A program made the translations under genes and the position numbers. 64,000 bases of DNA from positions 3,252 through 67,251 of the forward strand of contig CAJOFD010000010.1 of NCBI GenBank assembly GCA_905233585.1. Reading direction: 5' to 3'. Shown here piece after piece: positions 56,501 to 62,909 of this stretch (its first letter is position 1; every line of letters starts with the position of its first letter). The notes under the pieces are model-generated. The model was not told where the DNA came from. It saw only the letters and a program-made list of their open reading frames with translations, and did not search any database. This stretch comes from an uncultured Bacteroidales bacterium (lineage in GTDB: Bacteria > Bacteroidota > Bacteroidia > Bacteroidales > WCHB1-69).

Positions 56501-57210
56501 AATACAATGTTGCTGTTACTGTTTCGCCGATGTGCAATGCAGCATTGACATTCAATTCGGTAATCAATGAATGTATAGATTTGAATGACTTGGCTGTTGA
56601 TGGTATATTGGTTCCTGCCAATGATGGTACATGCAGTAAAATTGGAGACAGATTCAGTGTGAAAGTGAAAGTTAGCAACCATAATCCTATTGATGATGCT
56701 CAAAATATTAATCTCCATGCAGAAATTTTGGACAACAACAATACCCAATTGGCTTCTTGGACTGAAACAATTAGCACTATCAATGCCGATGATTATGCAG
56801 AAGTGGAATTCGTTCCATTTACTGTTCCTTCAGTAGCAAGTTTCACTGTTCATGCTTATTTGGTTGGCAATAGCGATGTAAATCCTGCCAACGATACGGC
56901 TGCACCTGTAACCAAATGTACCGATTTGGGCATTGCAGATGCAGATGTGAACGGTATGAGCATGTCTCAGAACATACCTAACCCAGCCAAAGGAAAGACA
57001 AGTGTAACCTATATTGTTCCGGAAGATGGTAAGGTGATGTTCAATATCATGACCGTTACAGGACAAATACTCTACATTGAAGAAGTGAGTGCAATGGCTG
57101 GTGCAAACCGCATTGAATTCAATACCGAAAGCATGGCTTCAGGTATTTACTTCTACAGCATGACTTTCAATGGTCAACGGATTGTCAAGAAAATGACTAT
57201 AGAAAAATAG
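50554..57210 (+). CDS. Giant T9SS-sorted cell-surface protein (MAM/choice-of-anchor-like, Ig-like, CARDB-like and parallel beta-helix regions)
   Basis: 2218 aa. Signal peptide MKKSILLLCSLLLLLQATWAQ. Beta-helix-like repeats (NNTMNYGYAGVYF, NNKMNDFYAYGIYV, NNEIIRLGNGTFTGIYI, HNTVYRATG). C-terminal sorting domain IPNPAKGKTSVTY...GIYFYSMTFNG. Confidence 0.85.
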   Translation: MKKSILLLCSLLLLLQATWAQITVVGSENFDGTSHTFSATTMNGATWTIDQTYYSNGTKSILGVVPFFAGDSIVLTSPVYDFTNYGWVQMSFAQICKVSALDECKVQYRLDAMGPMGAWKDVPASTYRGTARNYGAVGFNANSYAIWNGADSMALPVNSTWWQTEVFELNNEVSYDRAQFRFILKRNASAPTNVNYGWLIDAFKVEASTYEIKPPVVELINIYPSIVMTVGPYVVNAKVATRTAARIATPKMYWTAVLPNGLGTIRDSVDMTAYQGDSMWTASVPSYRYGTTIQYKIIGKDINGNTDSVASNPFTSQKSFTFYHYVGDTTIVTTKDEVPFTPYYEDSWSRTLYLASELTEGKITHIAWKSSSSDISVIDSVSIYFKLTQDTKVPINTAYNSAATSYIDPLADGATLVWYGTVTTEDDDWVDITLNTPFEIPAGYGLVVYVDDKAGYYEDPADWYAHPVSGDLRPIYEYDDDPLIYSPYEYNGRYSDRRPHTRFFYDNTADSTSGLLKSLTIADTIPVSLASPSQQFGVNMKNTGVYDLTSAVFGWSLNGVVQSNNVAWTGNITADMIVACNVGTYAPKFNGYDTLQVWINNLNGTALSMIKDTLTAIVYGTADIVIHWQKYLDDTVFTTGPFDVEVQAVSMTNHTISALDFIYWATKNGNTIKDTIPMTNNGNGIWSVVCPNISFGSDVIYGVETQDYIGNKVLVTKTSYVDPTRTRDYYYTGDTNTTRTGIAPADILYYYSWARMLYLPFEVENSTIFNIAFRTKNAIQNPYPDQKCYFKLVNMNTVDGMDGWDDKLYHNPIIDDTATLVWEGTLPPLQAGEWFDLELKQPFTVPAGYSLMVYYDHRNDAQLYYENASWLSTDVRYNGDEYYYLTTINSFDNIADSTKSGWDDEYRPIARFRMEKSVQWDTNSVALEKIITPANNQSIAAGNQPITVIVRNKGLNNMNCTIYYSINGAAPVSYNYNKGLGWGLIDTVNLGTFNAVVGDVYNITVWVANPNGQVDPDLSDDTLTTLAVACNGALSAGTYTIGASANADYATLDQFLRNLQFCGVNTHGTFKVEMESGTYNGANNISYVTEVLTSADTLIITSQAGNAGAVVFAHNGNVFELDSNFNVYITDVTINASAGTGAGVNFFRPCYNIEINGCVFNMHITNTSNTSSAIRFNGNDEKVRTGRTLAWGNLRILNNTMNYGYAGVYFYSPNSNAATLKANSGKFTIKNNKMNDFYAYGIYVTNYGKFDWVANNELTNRRASSQHGIYMNSYMKVDSGIVNNKIFFNHNSTVNSGLYLTYLNHPGNTGATTNALVANNEIIRLGNGTFTGIYISYNYADIVHNTVYRATGTGACKSLSIGNYNTSTGNTIIKNNIFHAGSTATVNNTNGNYAIYASNVNYVKSTYHVILDYNDYYSVGSYIGYVGNAKATLTDWRAVSLQDTNSISVRPILKDSSVNADINNYLDLMAPNCGVNEDINGTKRWDRTPMGAYTPLISTQGPDLSITEFVEPIGIISSSELCAPNYVAVKVAITNVGTSVIDFAQTPLKVTLQVSGADSAVIDTTISTGTFNPFNIDTVEITNALNVDLAGTLLLTASVTCSADTVYNDDTLAMTYGPTRWMLPLDEDFSNGFPESMHVRDNNTAATWAIMNDSNATGTVKPQFGKSMLAFDGGRGAESKLFTRQLNFTNTREPVLDFWYWHDTSANAGNDIVNVAYTVNGGVSYVALFNLQKNNGTDHGWKQYTAQLDSAIGATCVILIFDALRTTDPQQYDGEQYLDRIRIIAKQDVAVADILTSPVNVCNTTTDLSVVLENITSQTIDFSMYPTALQVDITGAMTQSFTYPLTSGTILALSKDTFDITTGLTLANGTYRIAAKLLTSIDGNAANDTLSKTITLNPSLNVVAQKVSSNNNCLISGTTINQVVDITNNGDMDMEDLILKLEVSNTSGSIVETLYDTISRTITVGLNVTHTFKYAYTVPNGEQYNVAVTVSPMCNAALTFNSVINECIDLNDLAVDGILVPANDGTCSKIGDRFSVKVKVSNHNPIDDAQNINLHAEILDNNNTQLASWTETISTINADDYAEVEFVPFTVPSVASFTVHAYLVGNSDVNPANDTAAPVTKCTDLGIADADVNGMSMSQNIPNPAKGKTSVTYIVPEDGKVMFNIMTVTGQILYIEEVSAMAGANRIEFNTESMASGIYFYSMTFNGQRIVKKMTIEK
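51190..53640 (+). repeat. Protein-level tandem super-repeat (2 copies of about 400 aa) inside the giant gene
   Basis: Copy 1 is about 51190-52410 and copy 2 about 52411-53640. Aligned landmarks are YHYVGDT/YYYTGDT, ATLVWYGTV..W.DI.L..PFEIPAGYGLVVY versus ATLVWEGTL..WFDLEL.QPFTVPAGYSLMVY, and RPHTRFFY versus RPIARFRM. Confidence 0.65.
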
Positions 57211-57228
57211 TTTGACAATAGAAATAGT

Positions 57229-57258
57229 AAAAGGCAGCCAATTGGCTGCCTTTTTTTT
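57229..57258 (+). terminator. Intrinsic terminator after the giant gene
   Basis: The sequence is aaaaGGCAGCC-aatt-GGCTGCCtttttttt. Confidence 0.75.
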
Positions 57259-57397
57259 GTAAAGGGAAAGAAAAAAAGTTTGTATAGTTTTGGAGATACC
57301 TGTTTCCCCGTGCGAAATTCTTCCAAACAAAACACCCGAAAATCTCCTGATATTCTTTTGTGAAAATTTAACTTATTGATATATAGTATGTATAGGT

Positions 57398-57430
57398 ATT
57401 GTTTTTTTATTGTTTTTTTATTGTTTTTAT
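57398..57430. repeat. Short tandem repeat (attgttttttt x about 3)
   Basis: Read directly from the sequence: attgttttttt attgttttttt attgttttt. Confidence 0.6.
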
Positions 57431-57491
57431 CGTGAAATAATTTATATCTTTACATAATACAATTGTATTTTTAACTTAAATTTTTAATCGT

Positions 57492-58412
57492 ATGAAAAAA
57501 TCAGTATTATTTTCAGTGATGGCGGCAATGATATTGTTCGCAGGTTGTAAAAAAGACGGTGTGTATAATCCCGCAAAGAAAATCAGTAAAATAACCCTAA
57601 CCGAAACCAAGCCTTCTCCAACAGGTGTAGATGTACAGACTCAAGTACAGAATTGGACTTGGAACAAAAACCAATTGCAAAACATTGTTTACACTTTTAT
57701 AGGTTCCGATGATACTTGGACAGAAGAATTTTCTTATGACAAAAGTGGCAGACTCATTCGTGTGGAAAACAAAGAAGATAACGTATACGCAGTGTATGAA
57801 TATGACGGCGACCGATTGGACAAAGTGCTTTATTTTGATGGCAATGAGAAAGCATATGAATATAATTTAAAATACAAAGACGATAGATTGTCCGAAATAG
57901 AATGTGTGGATTTTGACATCTATCGTTCAATCAAGAAAGAAAACAAATTGAATCCGTTGGCATTTGTATGCTCTTCGGAAATTGCAGATTTGGCACAAAA
58001 GGCAGAAGAAAATGTTGCCTTGACAGAATCACAGCCCCGTCAGAAAATGAGTGCGGAAATTTGGGTAATGAGTTTAGAATGGAACGAAGCCAATATTTCA
58101 AAAATAGCCTATGACTATCCGGATGTTAATAGAAGATATGAATATCTTTTAACTTATGATAACAAAGTAAATCCCCTTGCAGGATTTTTCGGTTTGAATT
58201 TTTTGGAATCCTATGATATCAATCATCCTTATAGCAGAGATTATATTTATAAAAATGCCAACAACATTGTTTCCATGATATCAGTTGGTGATACGTGGAA
58301 AAGAGAATATAATTATACCTACACAGGTCAATATCCGGTATCCTATACCTATACCGATTCATATAGTGATGGTTATTATCATACACATGATTGCAAGATT
58401 GAATATAAGTAA
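57492..58412 (+). CDS. YD-repeat-like lipoprotein, paralog 1
   Basis: Lipobox MAAMILFAGC. Motifs FSYDKSGRLIRVEN, YEYDGDRLDKV and LKYKDDRLSEI. Clearly similar along its length to the next gene. Confidence 0.7.
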   Translation: MKKSVLFSVMAAMILFAGCKKDGVYNPAKKISKITLTETKPSPTGVDVQTQVQNWTWNKNQLQNIVYTFIGSDDTWTEEFSYDKSGRLIRVENKEDNVYAVYEYDGDRLDKVLYFDGNEKAYEYNLKYKDDRLSEIECVDFDIYRSIKKENKLNPLAFVCSSEIADLAQKAEENVALTESQPRQKMSAEIWVMSLEWNEANISKIAYDYPDVNRRYEYLLTYDNKVNPLAGFFGLNFLESYDINHPYSRDYIYKNANNIVSMISVGDTWKREYNYTYTGQYPVSYTYTDSYSDGYYHTHDCKIEYK

Positions 58413-58454
58413 ACAATAAGTCATTTATTTATTAATAATTAAAAATTGAATTGT

Positions 58455-59357
58455 ATGAAAAAGTTAGTTGTATTGTCAATGATGGCGGTAATGATATTGT
58501 TTGCAAGTTGTGACAAAGACGGGATGTATAACCCCTTGAAGAAAATCAGTAAAATAACCTATACCAATACTTATATTGGTGCCAATGAGGCTGTGTCATT
58601 TACGAGAGAACAAACCTGGACTTGGGACAAAAACCAATTGCAAAAAATTGTTTATTATGACAGTGAAGACCAATATACTTGGACTGAGGAATTTTCTTAT
58701 AATAAAAACGGCAGACTTGTTCGTGTGGAGGATAAGGAAAATGCGACCTATACCACCTACGAATACGAAGGCGACCGATTGGATAAAGTGATTTGTTATG
58801 AAGAAAATTTCAGAGAATATGAATATCATTTTAAATATGAAGGCGACAGAGTGTCTGAAATTGAATATTGGGAGTTTGCTGACTATTATTCAATAAAGAA
58901 AGAGAACTATTCAAACCCGTTGGCATTTGTATGTTCTCCCGAAATAGCAACTCTTACTCAAAAGGTAGTGGATAATATTGCTGAGGCTGCCGAAAACCAA
59001 CCCCGTCATAAAATGGATGTTGATATTACTACAATATCTTTGGAATGGGACGGAGATAATATTTCAAGAATGATATATACATATCCTTTTGATAATGAAA
59101 GATATGAATATCTTTTCACTTATGATAACAAACTAAATCCCTTTGCCGGATTTTTCGCCTTGGATTTTGAAGGTGCCTATGATTATGACTATGTTTATAA
59201 AAATGCCAATAACATTGTATCCATGACATCAGTCGGTGATACGTGGAAAAGAGAATATACCTATACCTACAAGGGTCGGTATCCTGAATCCTATACCTAT
59301 ACCGATGTGTATGGAAATCGTTCGTATAGAACCGATTGTAAGATAGAATACAAATAG
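58455..59357 (+). CDS. YD-repeat-like lipoprotein, paralog 2
   Basis: I prefer the ATG at 58455 (MKKLVVLSMMAVMILFASC). Motifs FSYNKNGRLVRVED, YEYEGDRLDKV and FKYEGDRVSEI. Shares the C-terminal VSM.SVGDTWKREY.YTY.G.YP.SYTYTD with paralog 1. Confidence 0.7.
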   Translation: MKKLVVLSMMAVMILFASCDKDGMYNPLKKISKITYTNTYIGANEAVSFTREQTWTWDKNQLQKIVYYDSEDQYTWTEEFSYNKNGRLVRVEDKENATYTTYEYEGDRLDKVICYEENFREYEYHFKYEGDRVSEIEYWEFADYYSIKKENYSNPLAFVCSPEIATLTQKVVDNIAEAAENQPRHKMDVDITTISLEWDGDNISRMIYTYPFDNERYEYLFTYDNKLNPFAGFFALDFEGAYDYDYVYKNANNIVSMTSVGDTWKREYTYTYKGRYPESYTYTDVYGNRSYRTDCKIEYK

Positions 59358-59380
59358 GGTAATATTTGTATCGGAAACAA

Positions 59381-59408
59381 AAAAGGCAGCCGAAGGCTGC
59401 CTTTTTTA
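59381..59408. terminator. Bidirectional intrinsic terminator
   Basis: The sequence is aaaaaGGCAGCC-gaa-GGCTGCCtttttt, between convergent genes. Confidence 0.75.
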
Positions 59409-59435
59409 TATAAAAAAATTAACGAGGGTCAATAT

Positions 59436-60212
59436 TTATTTCATAAATCGTTGCCGGCAAACTTCAAACAGCATAATGCCTGTTGCAACAGATACATTCA
59501 GCGAATCTATTGCTGAATTTTTTGCCATTGGAATGCTGACAATATGGTCGCAGGCTTGGGCTAATATTGGAGTAATGCCTTCATATTCGTTGCCCATAAC
59601 AATGCAAGTAGGTAAGGTGCAGTTCAGTTCATAACAACTCTTGGAGGCTTTTTCGTTGCATCCCACTACTTGAACACCGCTTTGTTGTAAATATTCCACA
59701 ATTTCCACCAGATTGTCATAGCGGCAGACAGGTGTGCTGAATAAGGCTCCGGCAGAAGTTTTTACCGCATCTTCGTTGATTTGGGCACTGTTTTTTGAAG
59801 GAATAATCACAGCATCAACACCGGCACATTCCGCACTGCGGACAATGGCACCCATATTACGGACATCGGTAACTCTATCCAAAAGCAACAGAAAAGGCAC
59901 GTGTCCGTTTTCGTATATGCTCGGCAAAATATCGTAAATACTTTGATAGGGAATAGGAGAAACAAAAGCAATGGCTCCTTGGTGATTGCCCCGTGTATAG
60001 CGGTTGAGCCGCTCAATGGGGACATATTGAAAAGGAATGTTTTTTTCTCTTACCAAGGCAAACAAATCTTTGAATATTTGTCCTGAAATGCCCCGTTGGA
60101 AAACAACTTTGTCTATATCTTTCCCGCTATTGATGGCCTCTGTTATGGCACGAATACCATAAATAAGGTTGTTGTTTTTGTTTTTTTCTCTATGAAAAAT
60201 ATTATTGTACAT
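59436..60212 (-). CDS. rlmB: 23S rRNA (guanosine-2'-O)-methyltransferase RlmB (SpoU/TrmH family)
   Basis: N-terminal substrate-binding domain (IYGIRAITEAINSGKDIDKV). SPOUT motifs LLLLDRVTDVRNMGAIVRSAECAGVDAVI and IVMGNEYEGI. Confidence 0.82.
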   Translation of the reverse strand: MYNNIFHREKNKNNNLIYGIRAITEAINSGKDIDKVVFQRGISGQIFKDLFALVREKNIPFQYVPIERLNRYTRGNHQGAIAFVSPIPYQSIYDILPSIYENGHVPFLLLLDRVTDVRNMGAIVRSAECAGVDAVIIPSKNSAQINEDAVKTSAGALFSTPVCRYDNLVEIVEYLQQSGVQVVGCNEKASKSCYELNCTLPTCIVMGNEYEGITPILAQACDHIVSIPMAKNSAIDSLNVSVATGIMLFEVCRQRFMK

Positions 60213-60234
60213 CTTTATTATTTGCTAATCTATT

Positions 60235-61407
60235 TTAAACAAAATAGGTGAAAGTACCATGTTCTGTGGTGATGGTAACTTGTTTTTGTGGAGCCTTTTC
60301 TACTCTGCCGACAATTTGTGCATCTATATCAAACGATTTGGAAATAGCGATAAGGTCTTTTGCAATACTTTCATTTACATACAATTCCATTCGGTGTCCC
60401 ATGTTAAATACCTTATACATTTCACTCCAATCGGTTTGAGATTCTTTTTGTATCATCTTGAATAGTGGAGGTGTAGGGAACAGGTTGTCTTTGATAATAT
60501 GCAAATTGTCTATAAAATGCAATATTTTTGTTTGTGCTCCTCCGCTACAATGTATAATTGCGTGAATATCATTTCTATAATTGTCCAACATGAGCTTGAT
60601 GACAGGCATATAGGTTCTTGTTGGAGAAAGCACCATTTTGCCGACATCTACACCTTCTATTTCTGTCGGGTCTGTAAGGTTGTGGCTTCCGCAATATACT
60701 ACGCTGTCGTCCAGAGCATGGTCATAACTTTCGGGGAATAGTTTCATAAGTGTTTTGTTGAACACATCGTGTCTTGCCGAAGTAAGTCCATTGCTGCCCA
60801 TACCGCCGTTGTATTCATTCTCGTAGAGGGCTTTGCCGTATGAAGCCAAGCCGACAATCACGTCACCCGAGCGTATGCTTGATGTGTCAATTACATTTTT
60901 TCTTTCCATTCTGCAGGTTACTGTGCTATCTACGATAACAGTTCTTACCAAGTCGCCGACATCGGCGGTTTCGCCTCCTGTAGAATAGATGTTCACGCCC
61001 ATGTTGCGGAGTTTTTCTAAAAATTCTTCTGTGCCTTCTATCAAGGCTTTGATTACTTCTCCGGGAATGAGATGTTTGTTTCTTCCTATAGTTGAAGACA
61101 AAAGAATATTATCCACGGCACCAACGCAAATGAGGTCATCGGTGTTCATCACAATGGCATCTTGTGCTATGCCTTTCCATACGGACAAATCGCCTGTTTG
61201 TTTCCAATACATATAAGCCAATGCCGATTTGGTGCCAGCGCCGTCTGCATGCATTACAACACAATGGTCTTTGCTGCCGGACAAATAGTCGGGAATAATT
61301 TTGCAGAATGCATTGGGATATAAACCTTTGTCTATATTCTTTATCGCTATATGAACATCTTCTTTGGTAGCGGATACACCGCGTTGATTGTATTTTTGAT
61401 CTTGCAT
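60235..61407 (-). CDS. purM: AIR synthase (phosphoribosylformylglycinamidine cyclo-ligase), Bacteroidota long form
   Basis: 390 aa. YNQRGVSATKEDVH..IKNIDKGLYPNAFCKI...MHADGAGTKS is typical of the Bacteroidota PurM-type enzyme. Confidence 0.8.
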   Translation of the reverse strand: MQDQKYNQRGVSATKEDVHIAIKNIDKGLYPNAFCKIIPDYLSGSKDHCVVMHADGAGTKSALAYMYWKQTGDLSVWKGIAQDAIVMNTDDLICVGAVDNILLSSTIGRNKHLIPGEVIKALIEGTEEFLEKLRNMGVNIYSTGGETADVGDLVRTVIVDSTVTCRMERKNVIDTSSIRSGDVIVGLASYGKALYENEYNGGMGSNGLTSARHDVFNKTLMKLFPESYDHALDDSVVYCGSHNLTDPTEIEGVDVGKMVLSPTRTYMPVIKLMLDNYRNDIHAIIHCSGGAQTKILHFIDNLHIIKDNLFPTPPLFKMIQKESQTDWSEMYKVFNMGHRMELYVNESIAKDLIAISKSFDIDAQIVGRVEKAPQKQVTITTEHGTFTYFV

Positions 61408-61432
61408 AAATAAGTAACATTTTATGTTGTTG

Positions 61433-61440
61433 CAAAGATA
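61433..61440 (-). promoter_or_regulatory. -7 box TATCTTTG for purM
   Basis: Reverse complement of caaagata, 26 nt upstream of the ATG at 61407. Confidence 0.45.
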
Positions 61441-61493
61441 CTATAAAACTTTGAAACAATAGAAATAGTTCGGCGAAATAATATAAAAAATGT

Positions 61494-61501
61494 TATCTTT
61501 G
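61494..61501 (+). promoter_or_regulatory. -7 box TATCTTTG for the gldH-like gene
   Basis: Exact match 31 nt before the ATG at 61532. Confidence 0.5.
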
Positions 61502-61531
61502 CATTTATTCTGATAAAATTGTTTGCAATAG

Positions 61532-62017
61532 ATGAAAAAGAAGGTTTTATATTTAATTTTGCTTGTATCTTTAGGCTTGTTTGTATCTTGTTCTAACTAT
61601 AAACATGAAAAAGAATGGGTGTTTGCTGGTGATACATGGAACAGATTTGTGCCTTTTATGGATACAATTGACATCACCGATATTGAAAAACAATATGATT
61701 TGAATGTAGCTTTTAGTGTTTGGGATAATTTTGAATATAGTCTTGTTCCTTTGGAAATAGTTGTCTATTATCCCAATGGACAAAAAAGTGTGTTTAAAAA
61801 ATATTATTCCATAAAAGATTTGCAAGGCAATCATTTAGGAACGGTAAAAGGTAATGTTTGGACTGTGGATATGAATGTGTTTGAATCTCGCACATTTCCC
61901 GAAAAAGGAAAGTATATTTTTAGTGTTCAACATCTTACACAATACTATGATTTGCCAAAAGTACAGGCCATAAAAACTATTTTGACCCATACTAAGAAAA
62001 AATCTCAAAATAGATAA
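61532..62017 (+). CDS. gldH: GldH-like gliding-motility/T9SS-associated lipoprotein
   Basis: Lipobox LGLFVSC. Size of 161 aa and the pattern W.RF....D.IDITD..KQYDLNV...W.NFEYS..PLEIV.Y.PNG...KGKYIFSVQH fit the GldH family as I recall it. Confidence 0.6.
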   Translation: MKKKVLYLILLVSLGLFVSCSNYKHEKEWVFAGDTWNRFVPFMDTIDITDIEKQYDLNVAFSVWDNFEYSLVPLEIVVYYPNGQKSVFKKYYSIKDLQGNHLGTVKGNVWTVDMNVFESRTFPEKGKYIFSVQHLTQYYDLPKVQAIKTILTHTKKKSQNR

Positions 62018-62026
62018 TCCAATTTT

Positions 62027-62878
62027 ATGAGAAGAAAAAAATATGTAATTTTTACGATACTTTTTCTTCTTATTGCCCAACTTTCTGTTGGCCAAAGATT
62101 GTATAATGGTCAAGAACGGTGGTTTGTAGGGGGAGATATTGGCATAAACAGATTTTTTGGAGATGTTTCGCCAAGAAATAATTTTTTAATAGCCAATCCC
62201 TTGACTATGGATTTTTACAAAGACAGACATTTTGCTGTTTCATTGTTTTTCGGAAAAGAAATCACCACTTTTTGGTCTGTAAGAATCAATTTTAATTATA
62301 CCAATTTGGTTTGTTCCAATTATTCTTTGAATTATAAAACAAAAATTTCTCATGTTCATGAAACATCATTATTGCAAACGATAGATATTTTCGGATTTTT
62401 TTCTCATGCAAAGGCTCTCTCCCGATGGGATTTGAATGTTTTTATCGGTATCGGTTCAATTGGATACAGGTCGCAACTGTATGATTTAGAAAGTAATGAA
62501 TTGATAAATGAAGTTCCTGAAAATTTTATGGACAAAAACAAAAATTTTTGTTATAATTTTGCATGGTCTTTTGGGCTTGGTTTCGGTTGTGAAGTTACCC
62601 CCAATCTAAAACTGAATTATGCAACCACCTATCGATGTGTAACCAATGATTTGTTTGACGGTTGGCAAGATTCAAGAAGAAAATTAGAAGGGTATGCTTT
62701 TTTGCAATTGGGCCTGACTTATTTGTTTAATGTCAGACATACGGCAATGTCCCATGCAAAAGACAATTATCCTTTGGAGAAAAAATCTCCGAATTATAAA
62801 TATAAAAAACGACAATTAAAATATGGGTATGTCCCGATAAATAAAAAGAAACAACAATATAAAAGATATATACGTTAA
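62027..62878 (+). CDS. Putative outer-membrane beta-barrel protein with Lys/Tyr-rich C-terminal tail
   Basis: Signal peptide MRRKKYVIFTILFLLIAQLSVGQ. Alternating beta-strand pattern with aromatic strand ends. Product is uncertain. Confidence 0.5.
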   Translation: MRRKKYVIFTILFLLIAQLSVGQRLYNGQERWFVGGDIGINRFFGDVSPRNNFLIANPLTMDFYKDRHFAVSLFFGKEITTFWSVRINFNYTNLVCSNYSLNYKTKISHVHETSLLQTIDIFGFFSHAKALSRWDLNVFIGIGSIGYRSQLYDLESNELINEVPENFMDKNKNFCYNFAWSFGLGFGCEVTPNLKLNYATTYRCVTNDLFDGWQDSRRKLEGYAFLQLGLTYLFNVRHTAMSHAKDNYPLEKKSPNYKYKKRQLKYGYVPINKKKQQYKRYIR

Positions 62879-62909
62879 TTAATAACAAGAGCAAACAAAG
62901 TAATATACC

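Noticed and set aside
57398-57430. I checked the tandem attgttttttt units as a possible CRISPR-like or regulatory array.
   Set aside because: There are three short, degenerate, spacer-less units in AT-rich DNA. This is simple-sequence slippage and not a CRISPR array. No CRISPR repeats or cas genes occur anywhere in the window.
57233-59401. Identical terminator stems GGCAGCC/GGCTGCC occur after the giant gene and after paralog 2. I considered a repeat family.
   Set aside because: Only 7 bp are shared, the loops differ, and the flanks are generic A/T runs. This is consistent with independent simple terminators.
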